The position numbers and the translations under genes are program-made. 64,000 nt of DNA from assembly GCF_008831285.2 (NCBI RefSeq), contig NC_045138.2, positions 2,790,001-2,854,000 of the forward strand, in the 5' to 3' direction. Positions 13,744 to 27,091 of the stretch are shown here, piece after piece. Each line of letters opens with the position of its first letter. Position 1 is the stretch's first letter. The notes under the pieces are model-generated. The model was not told the origin of the DNA. It saw nothing but the letters and a program-made list of their open reading frames with translations, and searched no databases. The stretch comes from Nymphaea colorata (Eukaryota).

Positions 13744-14446
13744 CTCTAGAAAGCAAATGGCTATTATAAAGTTTCAAAGTACATGCACAAATGTAAGAAA
13801 AAATTACAGAGTAACACCTAACAATAGCGGATTAACCAACAACTTCAGAGTTTGTGTCTAGTGGGAGCCAAGAGCTCCAAAATAGTGGCAATGATCCGAC
13901 CACTTCAGAGTTTGTGCTGATGAGAGCTAGAAGCAACAAAGTAGTGGCAATGACCTGACCACTGCTGAGATCGTGTCTGTAGAGTCTGTGTTTGATATGA
14001 GCTCGTCTACAACTATAGACTCATTGTCAAACATGAAACTGTTCGTTAGAAGGTATGTGCCAAGTTAAAACACAAGCACCGATCTTGTCCATTTTCATAA
14101 AATAGAACACAATCTACATAGAACCTGAATCTCGAAATTGCAAAATCATACCTCCCACTTTTAGAGGAAACTCCCACAAACATGCTTTGCACTAATTTAT
14201 CATATTAAAGATTGTTATTTACCAATTTTTTAATTAAAGGATGATCCAAAAAGATGTATATGCTTTTATTATTGGTTACATAGGAGAACAGTTAAAATCT
14301 TTTCACTAACAATCAAGTCCAATTCAAAAACAACAATTGAAATGAAACAAATAATTTGTACTGCTCTTTTAAATGCAATATTTTTAAATGTTCAAAGACT
14401 ACAAAGCTATAAAATTGTACATGAGTATTTAGCAACAAATAAAGTG

Positions 14447-15890
14447 CTAGAGCTTCTGTCACTCATCAAACACATTCTATAGACACAAACTTTGAAATGG
14501 TTGGGTCATTGCCACTACTTTGGAGCTCTTGACTCTCATCAAACATGGGCTCTACAGGCACAAAGGCTGATGTGGTTGGGTCACTGCCAACATTTTGGAT
14601 TCCTTAACTCTATTCAAACACAAGCTTTACAGGCACAAACTATGAAGTGGTCTGATCACTGCCACCACTTTGAAGCTCTTGATTCTCATCGGACGTAGAC
14701 TATACAAAAACAAACTCTCAAGTGGTCGGGTCATTGCCACCACTCGGTGGAACCCCTTGCTCTCATTAGACACAGACTTTACAAACATATACTCTGAAGT
14801 GCTCGGGTCATTGCCACCACTTTGGGGCTCCTCTTTATCATTAGGCACAAACTCTACAGTCACAAGCTCTGAGGTGGTCGGGTCATTGCCATTACTTTGG
14901 AGCTCTTGGTTCTCATGAGACACAGACACTACAAACACAGACTTGTTGTCAAGTAATTGCCATCACTTTGACTAGATCCTATAGCGGTTTTATTTAGTTC
15001 AATTTAAGCTGTGGTGGTTCCGTATACCGTTGCAAGTGATTCTTCAATGATAAGTTAAACAAGAACGACAACCACAACTATTATGCAGGCCAACATCGTC
15101 AAGAATGCCAAGAACTCAACTAACACATACCCCAAGCTCTTCAGAATTAGCCAAACAAGTGAACATAGAATGATTATTCTAACATAGAACAATACTACCA
15201 CCACAAAAATCAATGCCTGAATCCGTCATTTGAGGCTTCCATCAGTAACCACGACAACTCTTCTCCTAGTTCACGAAAGAATGATGTTGAATACCAATGC
15301 AAATAGTCCTTGAAAGAGAGAGTTCATAAAAGGGTATATGCACATCAATACAATGTGTCTATGGTGAGGGTCAAACCATTCAACTCGAGCGTAGTAGGCT
15401 TTCGTTATGTATCATGTCAGTTTGTGAAAATCACTCTTACGTAGATCATGGACAAACTCTTGGCGTAGAATGAGTGATATTTGCACAAGAATGATGACAG
15501 TGTGTACAAGATCACTCTTGTGATGGCTTTGGTGTTGCTCAACACCTCATGTCCTGTATATGGAAAAGAACTCTAAAGTATTATTAGCAGCGCTAAGAAG
15601 AAGCTTGACACTGAAAGTCCCAAGGTCAAAACTATGTAGAAGCTACATGCATTCAACCACATCTCTTGATCCCAGAAAAAAAATATTCTCAACTTCAACA
15701 TAGTTATATTGGTACTCAAGATTTCGCTCATTCTCTATCAAATATAGCACACTAGGAGAGCATCACGACGCGTAGATGGACCATTGAAGTACGTTAATTG
15801 ATGCGAAAATTGTTGGCTGTAATGGAGACGAAGGCAAATCACTATAACCCCACAATAGATGAATGATGCAAGAAAATGCAACATCCAACG
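14447..15890 (-). pseudogene. Cand1-like copy C (5' end deleted)
   Basis: Colinear with copies A and B. Deletion at about 15878 removes the first transmembrane region. Start codon lost; multiple stops. Confidence 0.75.
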
Positions 15891-15949
15891 CAAATGGCTG
15901 TTAAAAAGTTTTAGAATCCATAATATTTTGTACAAAAATGTAAGAAAGT

Positions 15950-16819
15950 GATTCTTTAACGATAAGTTAAACGAGAACGACAACCACAACTATCATGCAT
16001 GCTAACATCTTCAAGAATGCCAAGAACTCAACTAACACATACCCCAAGCTCTTCAGAATTAGATAGACAAGTAAACACAGAATGATGATTCTAACATAGA
16101 ACAATGCTGCCACCACAAAAATCAATGCCAGAATCCGTCATTTGAGGCTTCCGTCAATAACCACGGCAGCTCTTCTCTTAATCCACAAAAGAATGATGTT
16201 GAATACCAATGCAAATAGCCCTTGAAAGAGAGAGTTCATGGAAGACTTTATGCACATCTATACAATGTGTCTATGGTGAGGGTCAACCAATTCAACTCGA
16301 GCTTCGTTATGTTTCCTATCAGTTTGCGTAGATCATCGACAAGCTCTTGGAGTTGAATGAGTGATATTTACACAAAGAATGATTGTACTGTGAACAAGAT
16401 TACTCTTGTGATGGCTTTGGTGCTGCTCAACACCTCATGTCCTGCATATGGAAAAGAACTCTGAAGTATTATTAGCAGTGCAAAGAAGAAGTTTACACTT
16501 CGAGTCCAAAGGTCGAAACTATGTAAAAGCTGCAATCATTCAACTGCATCTCTTGATACCAGAAAAGAAATATTCTCAACTTCAATCCAATAATATTGAT
16601 ACTCATGATTTCACTCACTCTCTACCAAATGTAGCGCACTAGGAGAGCATCACGAACGGTGGACGTACCATTGAAGTACATTAATTGAAGTGAAAATTGT
16701 TGGCTGCAATGGAGACAAAGGCAAATCACTAGAACGCCACAATTAACGAATGCCGCAAGAAAAATGTTCATTATACAAATATTAACGACATTGACCACAC
16801 CTGCAACATCCAACACCAT
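15950..16819 (-). pseudogene. Cand1-like copy D (transmembrane region only, repeat tail lost)
   Basis: ORF 16622-16819 reads MVLDVAGVVNVVNICIMNIFLAAFVNCGVLVICLCLHCSQQFSLQLMYFNG...IW-stop. Downstream sequence is colinear to the last TM segment, then joins the upstream flank of copy C. Confidence 0.75.
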
Positions 16820-17531
16820 CTAAAGAAAGCAAATGGCTGTTATAAAGTTTCAGAGTTCATGATATATTGTACAAAAATATAAGAAAGAATTACAAAGTAA
16901 CACATAACAATAGCGGATTAACCGACAACTTCAGAGTTTGTGTTTAGTAGAAGCCAAGAGCTCCAAAGTGGTGGCAATTATCCGACCACTGCAGAGTTTG
17001 TGTCTGATGAGAGTAGTGGCAATGACCTCACCACAAAGTAGTGGCAATGACCTCACCACATCCAATATTGTGTCAGTAGAGTCTGTGTTTGATACGAGCT
17101 CGTCTACAACTACAAACTCATTGTCAAATGTGAAACTGTTCGTAAGAAAGTACGTACCAAGTCCAAAAACAAGCACCGATCCTATCTATTTTCTTAAACT
17201 AAAACCAAATCTATACGAAACCTGAAACCCAAAATTACAAAATCTCCCATTTTAAGTGGAAATGCTTCTTTGCACTAATTTACAATATTAAAGGCTCTCA
17301 TTTACCAATTTTTCAATTAAAGAGGACGATACAAAAAGATGTATCTGCTTTTATTATTGGTTACATAGGAGAACAGTTAAATGCTTTTCACCAACAATCA
17401 AGTCCAATTCAAAAACAACAACTGAAATGAAACAAATAATTTGTACTGCTCTTTTAAATATAATATTTTTAAATGTTCGAAAACTACATATCTTTAAAAT
17501 TGTACATGAGCGTTTAGCAACAAATAAAGTG

Positions 17532-20500
17532 CTAGAGCATCTGACTCTCATCAAACACACTCTATAGATACAAACTTTGAACTGGTTGGGTCATTGCTAC
17601 TACTTTAGAGCTCTTGGCTCTCATCAAACACAGGCTCTATAGGCACAAACGCGGAAGTGGTTGGGTCGTTGCCAACACTTTGGAGTCCTTAACTCTCATC
17701 AAACACAGTCTCTACAGGCACAAACTATAAAGTGGTCGGGTCATTACGACCACTTTGAAGCTCTTGACTCTCGTCGGATGTAGACTCTACAAACACGAAC
17801 TCTCAAGTAGTTGGGTCACTCCCATCACTTTGGAGCCACTTACTCTCATCAGACACAAACTCTACAAACACAAACTCTGAATTGCTCGAGTCATTGCCAC
17901 CACTTTGGAGCTCCTCTTTCTCATTAAGCACAGACTCTACGGTCACAAGCTCTTTGGTGGTCGGGTCGTTGCCATTACTTTGGAGCTCTTGGCTCTCATG
18001 AGGCACAGACTCTATAAACACAAACTCTGAAGTCGTCGAGTCATTGCCACCACTTTGACCAGATCCTTTAGCGGTTCTATTTACTTCAAATCAAGTTGTG
18101 GTGGTTCCGTATACCGTTACAGTGATTCTTCAACAATAAGTTAAACAAGAACAACAACCACAACTATCGTGCAGGCCAACATCTTCAAGAATGCCAAGAA
18201 CTCAACTAACACATACCCTAAACTCTTCGAAATTAGCTAGACAAGTGAACACAGAATGATGATTCTAACATAGAACAATGTTGCCACCACAAAAATCAAC
18301 GCCTAAATCCGCCATTTGAGACTTTAGTTAGTGACCCCGACAACTCTTCTCCTTGGCTCTCATCAAACACGGGCTCTACAGGCACAAACGCTGAAGTGGT
18401 TGGGTCGTTGTCAACACTTTGGAGTCCTTAACTCTCATCAAACACAGCCTCTACAGGCACAAACTATGAAGTGGTCGGGTCATTGCCCCCACTTTGAAGC
18501 CCTTGACTCTCATCGGACGTAGAGTCTACAAACACAAACTCTCAAGTAGTTGGGTCATTGCCATCACTTTGGAGCCACTTGCTCTCATCAGACACAGACT
18601 CTACAAACACAAACTCAGAAGTGCTCGGGTCATTGCCATCACTTTGGAGCTCATCTTTCTCATTAAGCACAGACTCTATGGTCACAAGCTCTTTGGTGGT
18701 CGGCTCGTTGCGATTACTTTGGAGCTCTTGGCTCTCATCAGGTACAAAATTTATAAACAAAGACTCTGAAGTCGTGGAGTCATTGCCACCACTTTGACCA
18801 GATCCTTTAGCGGTTCTATTTAGTTCAGATGAAGATGTGGTGGTTCCGTATACCGTTGCAAGTGATTCTTCAACAATAAGTTAAACAAGAACGACAATTA
18901 CAACTATCATGTAGGTCAACACCTTCAATAATGCCAATAACTCAACTAACACATACCCCAAGCTCTACGGAATTAACCAGACAAGTGAACATAGAATGAT
19001 GATTCTAACATAGAACAATGTTGCTACCACAAAAATCAACGACTGAATCCGCCATTTGAGGCTTCCGTAAGTAATCACGACAACTCTTCTCCTTGGCTCT
19101 CATCAAACACAGGCTCTATAGGCACAAACGCTGAAGTGGTTGGGTCGTTGCCAAGACTTTGGAGTCCTTAACTCTCATCAGACATAGGTTCTATAGGCAC
19201 AAACTATGAAGTGGTCAGTTCATTGCCACTACTTTGAAGTTCTTGACTTTCATCGGACGTAGACTCTAAAAACACAAACTCTCAAGCAGTTGGGTCATTG
19301 CCATCACTTTGGAGCCACTTGCTCTCATCAAACACAAAGTCTACAAATACAAACTCTCAAGTGGTCGGGTCAACGACACTACTTTGGAATATCTTGCTCT
19401 CATCAAACACAGACTTTACAAACACAAACTTTGAAGTGGTCGGGTCGTTACCACCACTTTGGAGCTCCTTTTTCTAATCAAGCACAAACTCCACAGTCAC
19501 AAGTTTTGAAGTGGTCAGGTCGTTGCCATTACTTTGGAGCTCTTGGCTATCATGAGGCACAGAGTCATCGCCACTACTTTGACCAAATTTTTTAGCAGTT
19601 TTATTTAGTTCAAATGAAGTTGTGGTAGTTCCGTATACCATTGCGAGTGATTCTTTAACGATAAGTTAAACAAGAACGACAACCACAACTGCCATGCATG
19701 CCAACATCTTCAAGAATGCCAAGAACTCAACTAACACATACCCCAAGCTCTTCGGAATTAGCCAGATAAGTGAACACAGAATGATGATTCTAACATAGAA
19801 AAATGTTGTCACTACAAAAATCAATGACTGAATCCGCCATTTGAGGCTTCCGTCAATGACCACGGCAACTCTTCTCCTTGGCTCTCATCAAACACGGGCT
19901 CTACAGGCATAAATGCTGAAGTGGTTGGGACATTGCCAACACTTTGGAGTCCTTATCTCTCATCAAACACATGCTCTATAGGCACAAACTATGAAGTGGT
20001 CTGGTCATTGCCACCGCTTTGAAGCTCTTGACTCTAATAGGACGTAGACTCTACAAACACAAACTCTCAAGTAGTTGGGTCACTGCCATCACTTTGGAGC
20101 CACTTGCTCTCATCAAACACAGACTCGACAAACTCAAACTCTTAAGTGCTCGAGTCATTACCACTACTTTGGAGCTCCTCTTTCTCATTATGCTCAGACT
20201 CTACGGTCACAAGCACTTTGGTGGTCGTGTCATTGCCATTACTTTGGAGCTCTTCATTCTAATGAGGCATACACTGAAGTCGTCGAGTCATTGCCACCAC
20301 TTTAACCAGATACTTTAACGGTTCTACTTAGTTCAAATGAAGCTGTGGTGGTTCCGTATACCGTTGAAAGTGATTATTCAACAATAAGTTAAACAAGAAC
20401 GACAACCACAACTATCATGGAGGCCAACATCTTCAAGAATGCCAAGAACTCAACTAACACATACCCCAAGCTCTTCGGAATTAGCTAGACAAGTGAACAC

Positions 20501-22364
20501 AAAATAATGATTCTAACATGAAACAATGCTGCCAGTATGAAAATCAACGACTGAATCCACCATTTGAGGCTTCCGTCAGCAACCACGACAACTCTTCTCC
20601 TTGGCTCACGGGCTCTACAGGCACAAACGCTGAAGTGGTTGGGTCGTTGCCAACACTTTGGAGTTCTAAACTCTCATCAAACACATGCTCTACATGCACA
20701 AACTATGAAGTGGTCGGGTCATTGCCACCACTTTGAAGCTCTTGACTCTCATCGGACGTAGACTCTACAAACACAAACTCTCAAGTAGTTGGGTCTACCA
20801 TCACTTTCGAGCCACTTGCTCTCATCAGACATAGACGCTACAAACACAAACTCTGAAGTGCTCGGGTCATTGCCATCACTTTGGAGCTCCTCTTTCTCAT
20901 TATGCCATCACTTTGGAGCTCCTCTTTCTCATTAAGCACAAACTCTACGGTCACAAGCTCTTTGGTGGTCGGGTCGTTGCGTTACTTTGGGGCTCTTCGC
21001 TCTCATGAGGCACAAACTCTATAAACACAGACTCTGAAGTTGTCGAGTCATTGCCACCACTTTGACCAGATCCTTTAGCGGTTCTATTTAGTTCAAATGA
21101 AGCTATGGTGGTTCCGATACTGTTGCAAGTGATTCTTCAACAATAAGTTAAACAAGAACGACAACCATAACTATCATGCTGGTCAACATCTTCAAGAATG
21201 CCAAAAACTAAACTAACACATACCCCAAGCTCTTCGGAATTAGTTAGACAAGTGAACACAGAATGATGATTATAACATAGAACAATGCTGCCACTACAAA
21301 AATCAACGACTCAATCCACCGTTTGAGGCTTCCGTCAGTAACCACGACAACTCTTCTCCTTGGCTCTCATCAAACACGGGCTCTATAGACACAAATGCTG
21401 AAGTGGTTGGGTCGTTGCTAACATTTTGGAGTCCTTAACTATCATCAAACACAGGTTCTACAGGCACAAACTATGAAGTGGTCATGTCATTGCCACCACT
21501 TTAAAGCTCTTGACTCTCATCGAACGTAGACTCTACAAACACAAACTCTCAAGTAGTTGGGTCATTGCCATCACTTTGGAGCCACTTGCTCTTATCAGAC
21601 ACAGACTATACAAACACAAACTCTGAAGTGCTCGGGTCATTGCCACCACTTTGGAGCTCATCTTTCTCTTTAAGCACAGACTCTACGGTCACAAGCTCTT
21701 TGGTGGTCGGGTTGTTGCCATTACTTTGGAGCTCTTGGCTCTCATGATGCACAAACTCTATAAACACAGACTATGAAGTCATCGAGTCATTGCCACCACT
21801 TTGACCAGATCCTTTAGCGGTTCTATTTAGTTCAAATGAAGTTGTGGTGGTTCCGTATACCGTTGCAAGTGATTCTTCATCAATAAGTTAAACAAGAATG
21901 ACATCCACAACTATCATGCAGGCCAACATCTTCAAGAATGCCAAGAACTCAACTAACACATACCCCAAGCTCTTCGGAATTAGCCATACAAGTGAATACA
22001 GAATGATGATTCTAACATAAAACAATGCTGCCACCACAAAAATCAACGACTGAATCCGCCATTTGAGGCTTCTGTCAGTAATCACGACAACTCTTCTCTT
22101 AGTCGACAAAAAATGATATTGAATACCATTGCAAATAGACCCTGAATGAGAGAGTTCATGAAAGGCTTTATGCACATCTATACAATGTGCCTATGGTGAA
22201 GGTCAACCCATTCAACTCGAGCATAGTAGGCCTTCGTTATGTGTACTATCAGTTTGCGTAGGTCACTCTTACGTAGATCATCGACAAGCTCTTGGAGTTG
22301 AATGAGTGATATTTACACCAAAAATGATTGTATTGTACTATGAACAAGATTACTTTTATGATGG
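17532..22364 (-). pseudogene. Six tandem 3' fragments (last two TM segments plus repeat tail) of the Cand1-like gene
   Basis: Units of about 720-790 bp. ORFs 19666-19863 and 21888-22175 read LKWRIQSLIFVV...LVEFLAFLKMLACM; ORFs 17803-18021 and 18542-18760 are tail repeats. The last copy extends further 5' and breaks at 22364. Confidence 0.8.
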
Positions 22365-22875
22365 AGATAAACATATAAATATGTGAAAGAATTTGTTAGG
22401 CAACTATTTGTTAACTTTTCAAAGGTGGGTGGGAACTTATTATTTGTTCAAATATAAGTCACATTTTTTTTGTATTTTTTTTTCTAATTTTCTTTTACTT
22501 TCACTTTCCTCCTACACCCCATCGCGTCATAACTTCCCATAACTTCCCCGCTCATACAAATTTTCTCATTTTTCCCCTCACATCGACCATTATCATTAGT
22601 TTAAAATTAGTGGAACGTATGAATAGAAAAAAAGAAAAGAAAAATCAACCTATATATTGAAACTCCATATTAATATTGAAACTCCACAAACAATCCGCTT
22701 CCTTTTGGTAGACCAAAAATAATAGGCATAAACAAATAAGGATGGCTTTAAACCTTGAATCACAAAACACTAGAAACTTAAATTAATTTATTAGTTTCTT
22801 TGTAGACTTACATTAAGTCAAATTTCTTATCTGATTAACCAAAATTTGTATTGATGAACAGCAATTGGTCTAGAG

Positions 22876-23175
22876 TAGACCTGGGCATCAAGCCGGCTCA
22901 GCCCGATGACGGAAACTTGAGTCTGGGCCCGGGTCCGATACCCGATACTTGGGCCCGGCTTGGCCCGATTAAAATAATTTTTCTTTAAAATATAAAATAA
23001 ATTTTTTGAATATAAATTACATTTTAAATAATAAAATATAATAATAAAATTAAAAAAAATTAAAACAAAATAATCGGGTTGAATCGAGCCTACTCAGGCC
23101 AGCTCTTTTGGGCCGAGGCCCGATCTGCAGGATACCGGGTACCCGTCAAGTACCCGGGTCCATTGCCCAGGCTTA
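22876..23175. mobile_element. hAT-type MITE
   Basis: TIR tagacctgggca...tgcccaggctta; 8-bp TSD gtctagag on both sides. Confidence 0.9.
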
Positions 23176-23859
23176 GTCTAGAGAATTGTCATTCTCACAA
23201 AATGTGACTCAAATACAGAAAAAACCTTTCTCCAATGCTCTTGTAAATGCAAAATACAAAGTACATACGGCCATGAATATCATAATATGTCTTCCATCCT
23301 TTAGTCTATTATAAATTTACATTCCGTTGGATCTAAGCAAATGAGATTTTTCACATGCACTACACTGGCGTGTGCTACATTACACATATATACACACACA
23401 CATATGCATATTATATATATGTATGTATACATATAATATAATAATAATGAATAAAATTAATGGGGTAATGTATAATGAATAATTAATGGGGTATTATGGA
23501 GGCTTTTGGCTTGGTTACAAATCTAGTTGGATTTCTGATGATCGATCTTTGGGAACAAAATTATATCAGTGATGATCCAATTTGGAGTTTCATATCCAAA
23601 GATAGCTAGCTGGAGAACTTAGCTGTCGATTCAAGCTAACTAGTGATGAGCATGGCCTAATCGTATAAGGACACAGCTAAACTTGGTATTTAGAGTATAT
23701 CATACTTTGGAAAGTAATGAACTGATTTTGGTTTTCATTGTCATCATTTTAATTCTTATTGAATTTCTTTGAGTATTGCCTTTTCTTGAGGTACTGAAAA
23801 CAGCCCTGGATCATGGGGTGATGGGGAAAAGGCTTTCGGCCTTCACTTGGGTTAACATC

Positions 23860-24200
23860 CAATTGAGAAATTGGATTCCGACTAGGAGATGACACCCAAT
23901 TGTAATCCGATTCATGTTTGATTTTAATAAATGTCCGATTGGATTCATATTTGTAGCTGGATTCAAATTCAAATAAATATCTTATATCCAGTGTCCATAT
24001 ATTTTTCAAAAAGTTGATCTTCAACGCATTATAATGCAGTACAGAGCCTGTCGTACATTAAACATTTGAATTCGGATTCGGATCTGAAAATAAAGGTCGC
24101 ATCTAGTAGGGATTAAGATTGTGAATTTAGATATCCGATTAGAATATGGTATAAACTTATCTTCATCTGTATTGATATCTGAATTTAAATCTGAACATGT
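23860..24200. mobile_element. Degenerate MITE-like repeat rich in ggattcggat/atccga motifs
   Basis: Related copies at about 51105-51440 (within X') and, in the opposite orientation, about 56456-56745. Ends not resolved. Confidence 0.5.
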
Positions 24201-27091
24201 GAATATATAATTATCACTAAAATTGATGAGTTATTAATGAATTGTTAAATTTCTAGGTGAGCAGGAGGTTATGAAAGGTGGGTATTGTACATCATTTACC
24301 TTGAGTGTTTCGATGTCACCTTTTGCCATTCATGATAGTAACACTCATGAAGATCGAACAAGTGATGCTTTATTAACATGCTCCCTGCCCGACCAGTTAT
24401 ACTAAGCCCCTTGAGGCAATTAATTGTTAGACTTTTTTTTATATAAAAATAATTAAGATAGCCACAAACTTTTATAAAAAAGTTTCACGGGATTCAAGTA
24501 TATAACCAAACAGGCCCTTAGGATTGAGGGGGGAAATGCTCGTTGTCGTTGGTGTGCCTAACTCTATGAAGGGATGATGCGGCTGGACACGCCATTAAAA
24601 CTTAGTTCTCAGCAAGAGGTAGTTCATGCATCAACCTCATTAGTTTTTAATTGGTAAGGTTTTTGTGGGGTGAGTCTCCTTTTTAAGGGTAGAGAATGTA
24701 TTGAATCCTTTGTCATTGTGCCATGCCAGTCAGAAAACTTTCTAATGACACTTCGCCTGTTTTTAATGCATTTATTTGGTACCACTAAAAAGTAGTTTTT
24801 TAGGTATACCCATATGGTTGAGTTGTCCTTGTTTCTTGACTCAGACAGTTTGTTGTGACAGTTGGCTTCTTTTCATTTAAAGTGTTTGAAAAAGGAGGTT
24901 GGAGCTAGAGGACACGCCAAACAGTACAACTTTTGGATTCGAGTGGGATCAAATTGAACCCGAATCCAAACTACACATGGCAGAACTAAAAATCTTCAAT
25001 TTTTTCAATGTATTTTTTTTTTTCAAAAGTTCCCCTCTTGACTCTACAATGGCTGCATGCTCAACACCTGTAATTCCTTTCTTGCTTGGACCAAGTTAAC
25101 TTACCTTTGCCGACAATTCGTGACTTTCGTAGCAGTTGTATGAAAAGGAACGATTTTTCTCTGTCCGTCCATTTCCTATATGGGTAGGTCTCGCCTCAAA
25201 TCTGATATGTGACTTCAGCTAGCGTGGGCAAAACTGCAACTTTGTCATGATAACTGGCGATATAGTCAGACACCATCTCCGCCATATTGCTACCTGGAAG
25301 GTTGTCCTCCAGCCAGCAGCACAAACATGACGCTTATTAATTTATAGGTCTGGACAATGCAGATTACATTGCTACTGTTGAATTTTTAGAGAAAAAAAAG
25401 AGGAAAAAGAAACTTCCGAGGTAATAGCACAATGTTTATGCAATCACATTGTAAAGAATCTCGATCATGAGCGCGTGAATTGATTTTATCGGCGCAAGTT
25501 CTCCATTCTTGCCGCCGTAATTGACGGCAATTTTCCTATAACTAGAAACCATACAAGCACCGCGCATGCCTAATCGTGCGTCGCTTGAGAGGTAATTCTT
25601 GGCCTACACCCCGAGCATCATCCCAAAGACAACACGATGAACAAGCTGAGGATGCAGAGCAGCAGGACTGGGAATTCCAAACTTTAACAGTCACTACCAT
25701 ATTCTAAGTTCCAGATTCGTAATTAATCTAGTAATCTAGTCTTCAATTCTGTGCTGCTATGCCATCGCAGCGTTGGACACGGTCCACATTTATTTTTCTC
25801 ACCAGTCACTTGACTAGAGAACAAACGCTCCTGTAATAGTCAATGTGAAACAAGCTTTCTTACCACACTATACTTTTGTCTTCGAAATCCTTACCAACCG
25901 CGTCTGATGTGAACAATTTTGGATCACACGTTAGGTAGTAGTCATTCACTGGAAGTAACAAATGTAGGTTACACGAACGCAAAAATGAGCAAACGATGAA
26001 GCAAGGACGCAGAAACAAGTGCTTCGTCTATTCTCAGGTTCGTGTAGCTTCCCCTTTAGGAACATTTTTCAAGAGCAGAATGGGGAGATGAGACATATTG
26101 AGATGGAATATGCCAACATCCCGCTGATCGAGTTTACAGATTTGGAAGAAGCCAGTGCAGATTAGAGAGGTGATAAGATTGGAAATGGCTTCCATTTCTG
26201 CGTTTCAACCACACCATTCAATGTCATCTTTGCCTCCACTGTCATCTTCCATTAAAGCTTAGAGGGCGTCGATGGTTTTGACGCAAGAAATGTGGTGGAG
26301 AGACATGCTTTGATGATGTCGATTCTAACTTGAAACGAACTGCTGGCTTGAACTCTCCAACGAGCAGCTAGTAAAACTCCATGGGTGTACCTCCCCAAAT
26401 CCACCAGGCATGTCCTGTGTAGATGCACAAAAGGCTCTTTGGAAGGAGGCATTGGTGATTTGCGAAAAAGTACTGACTGCAGATATATATGCTGGGAATA
26501 CTGGAACCACCGTACCTTCTTGTGGCACCCATCGCCAATTCATCCATACCTACTCACACAGGCCGGAGTCCTACAGTGCACTTGCAGGGAATTAAGCTTC
26601 AAAACTTTGGCACAAATTTCTAAAAATTACGCACAAACCGACATCAGTATCGAATGATTCTGATACTACTTTCTGCATGTTCGACGACTGGTAGGTCCAT
26701 TGGTCATGAAGTTCAAGTGAAATATCAGAATATGAATGAAAAACAAATCCAGCGTTGCTGAGCTCCGGATAACTATGGCTTCTATATTCATGGGCATGTG
26801 AAAAACACGACGATTCTGGACCAAAGTACAAAACGCCAGAGGATATCCAACGTCGACATTTGTGGAACTACCAGACGTACAATCTGGTTTTCTACTTTCC
26901 CCCAAAGAAAACAACTATATATCTTCTTCTTTACACTCCTACCCACTAAGACCAAGTCCCAATCGGGTAAGAAGAACTGCACTAATGCCACCAACCGTCG
27001 CTTGTCGGTCCGCGTCTTCATCAACGAAGACGAAGAGAAAGAAAGGACGAACGTTTAAAAGAACTTGAAGGCAGGCAGGTTGGATGCGAAG

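Larger units (their letters stand above)
8210..22364. repeat. Hierarchical tandem array: about 2.2-2.4-kb units, then about 0.75-kb units, all containing 75-bp subrepeats
   Basis: The same blocks recur in order. 75-bp repeat tracts start at about 9910, 12290, 14460, 17545, 18352, 19093, 19878, 20601 and 21361. The 75-bp period is seen directly (tcatc/tcatt/tcatg at 12364, 12439, 12514, 12589, 12664, 12739). Confidence 0.97.
22365..24490 (+). repeat. Duplicated segment X (direct copy at 50210-51872)
   Basis: Colinear with indels from taaatatgtgaaagaat...ggcaactatttgttaacttttcaaaggtgggtggg to taattaagatagccac...agtttcacgg. Confidence 0.92.

Noticed and set aside
12320..21747. Many plus-strand ORFs such as MKWLGHCHYFG... 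and the 126-aa ORF at 52054
   Set aside because: They are antisense or alternative frames of the Cand1-like pseudogene and its repeats.
9910..21810. CRISPR-like reading of the regularly spaced repeats
   Set aside because: The 75-bp units are contiguous and homologous along their whole length. There are no unique spacers or cas genes, and the context is eukaryotic.
8210..22364. Array as an LTR retrotransposon or autonomous DNA transposon
   Set aside because: No gag, RT, integrase or transposase motifs in the translated frames, and no TG...CA LTR pair or TSD around the units.
26085..27068. Cluster of overlapping short ORFs downstream of CNGC
   Set aside because: No recognisable motifs or consistent splice structure; probably 3' UTR and intergenic DNA.
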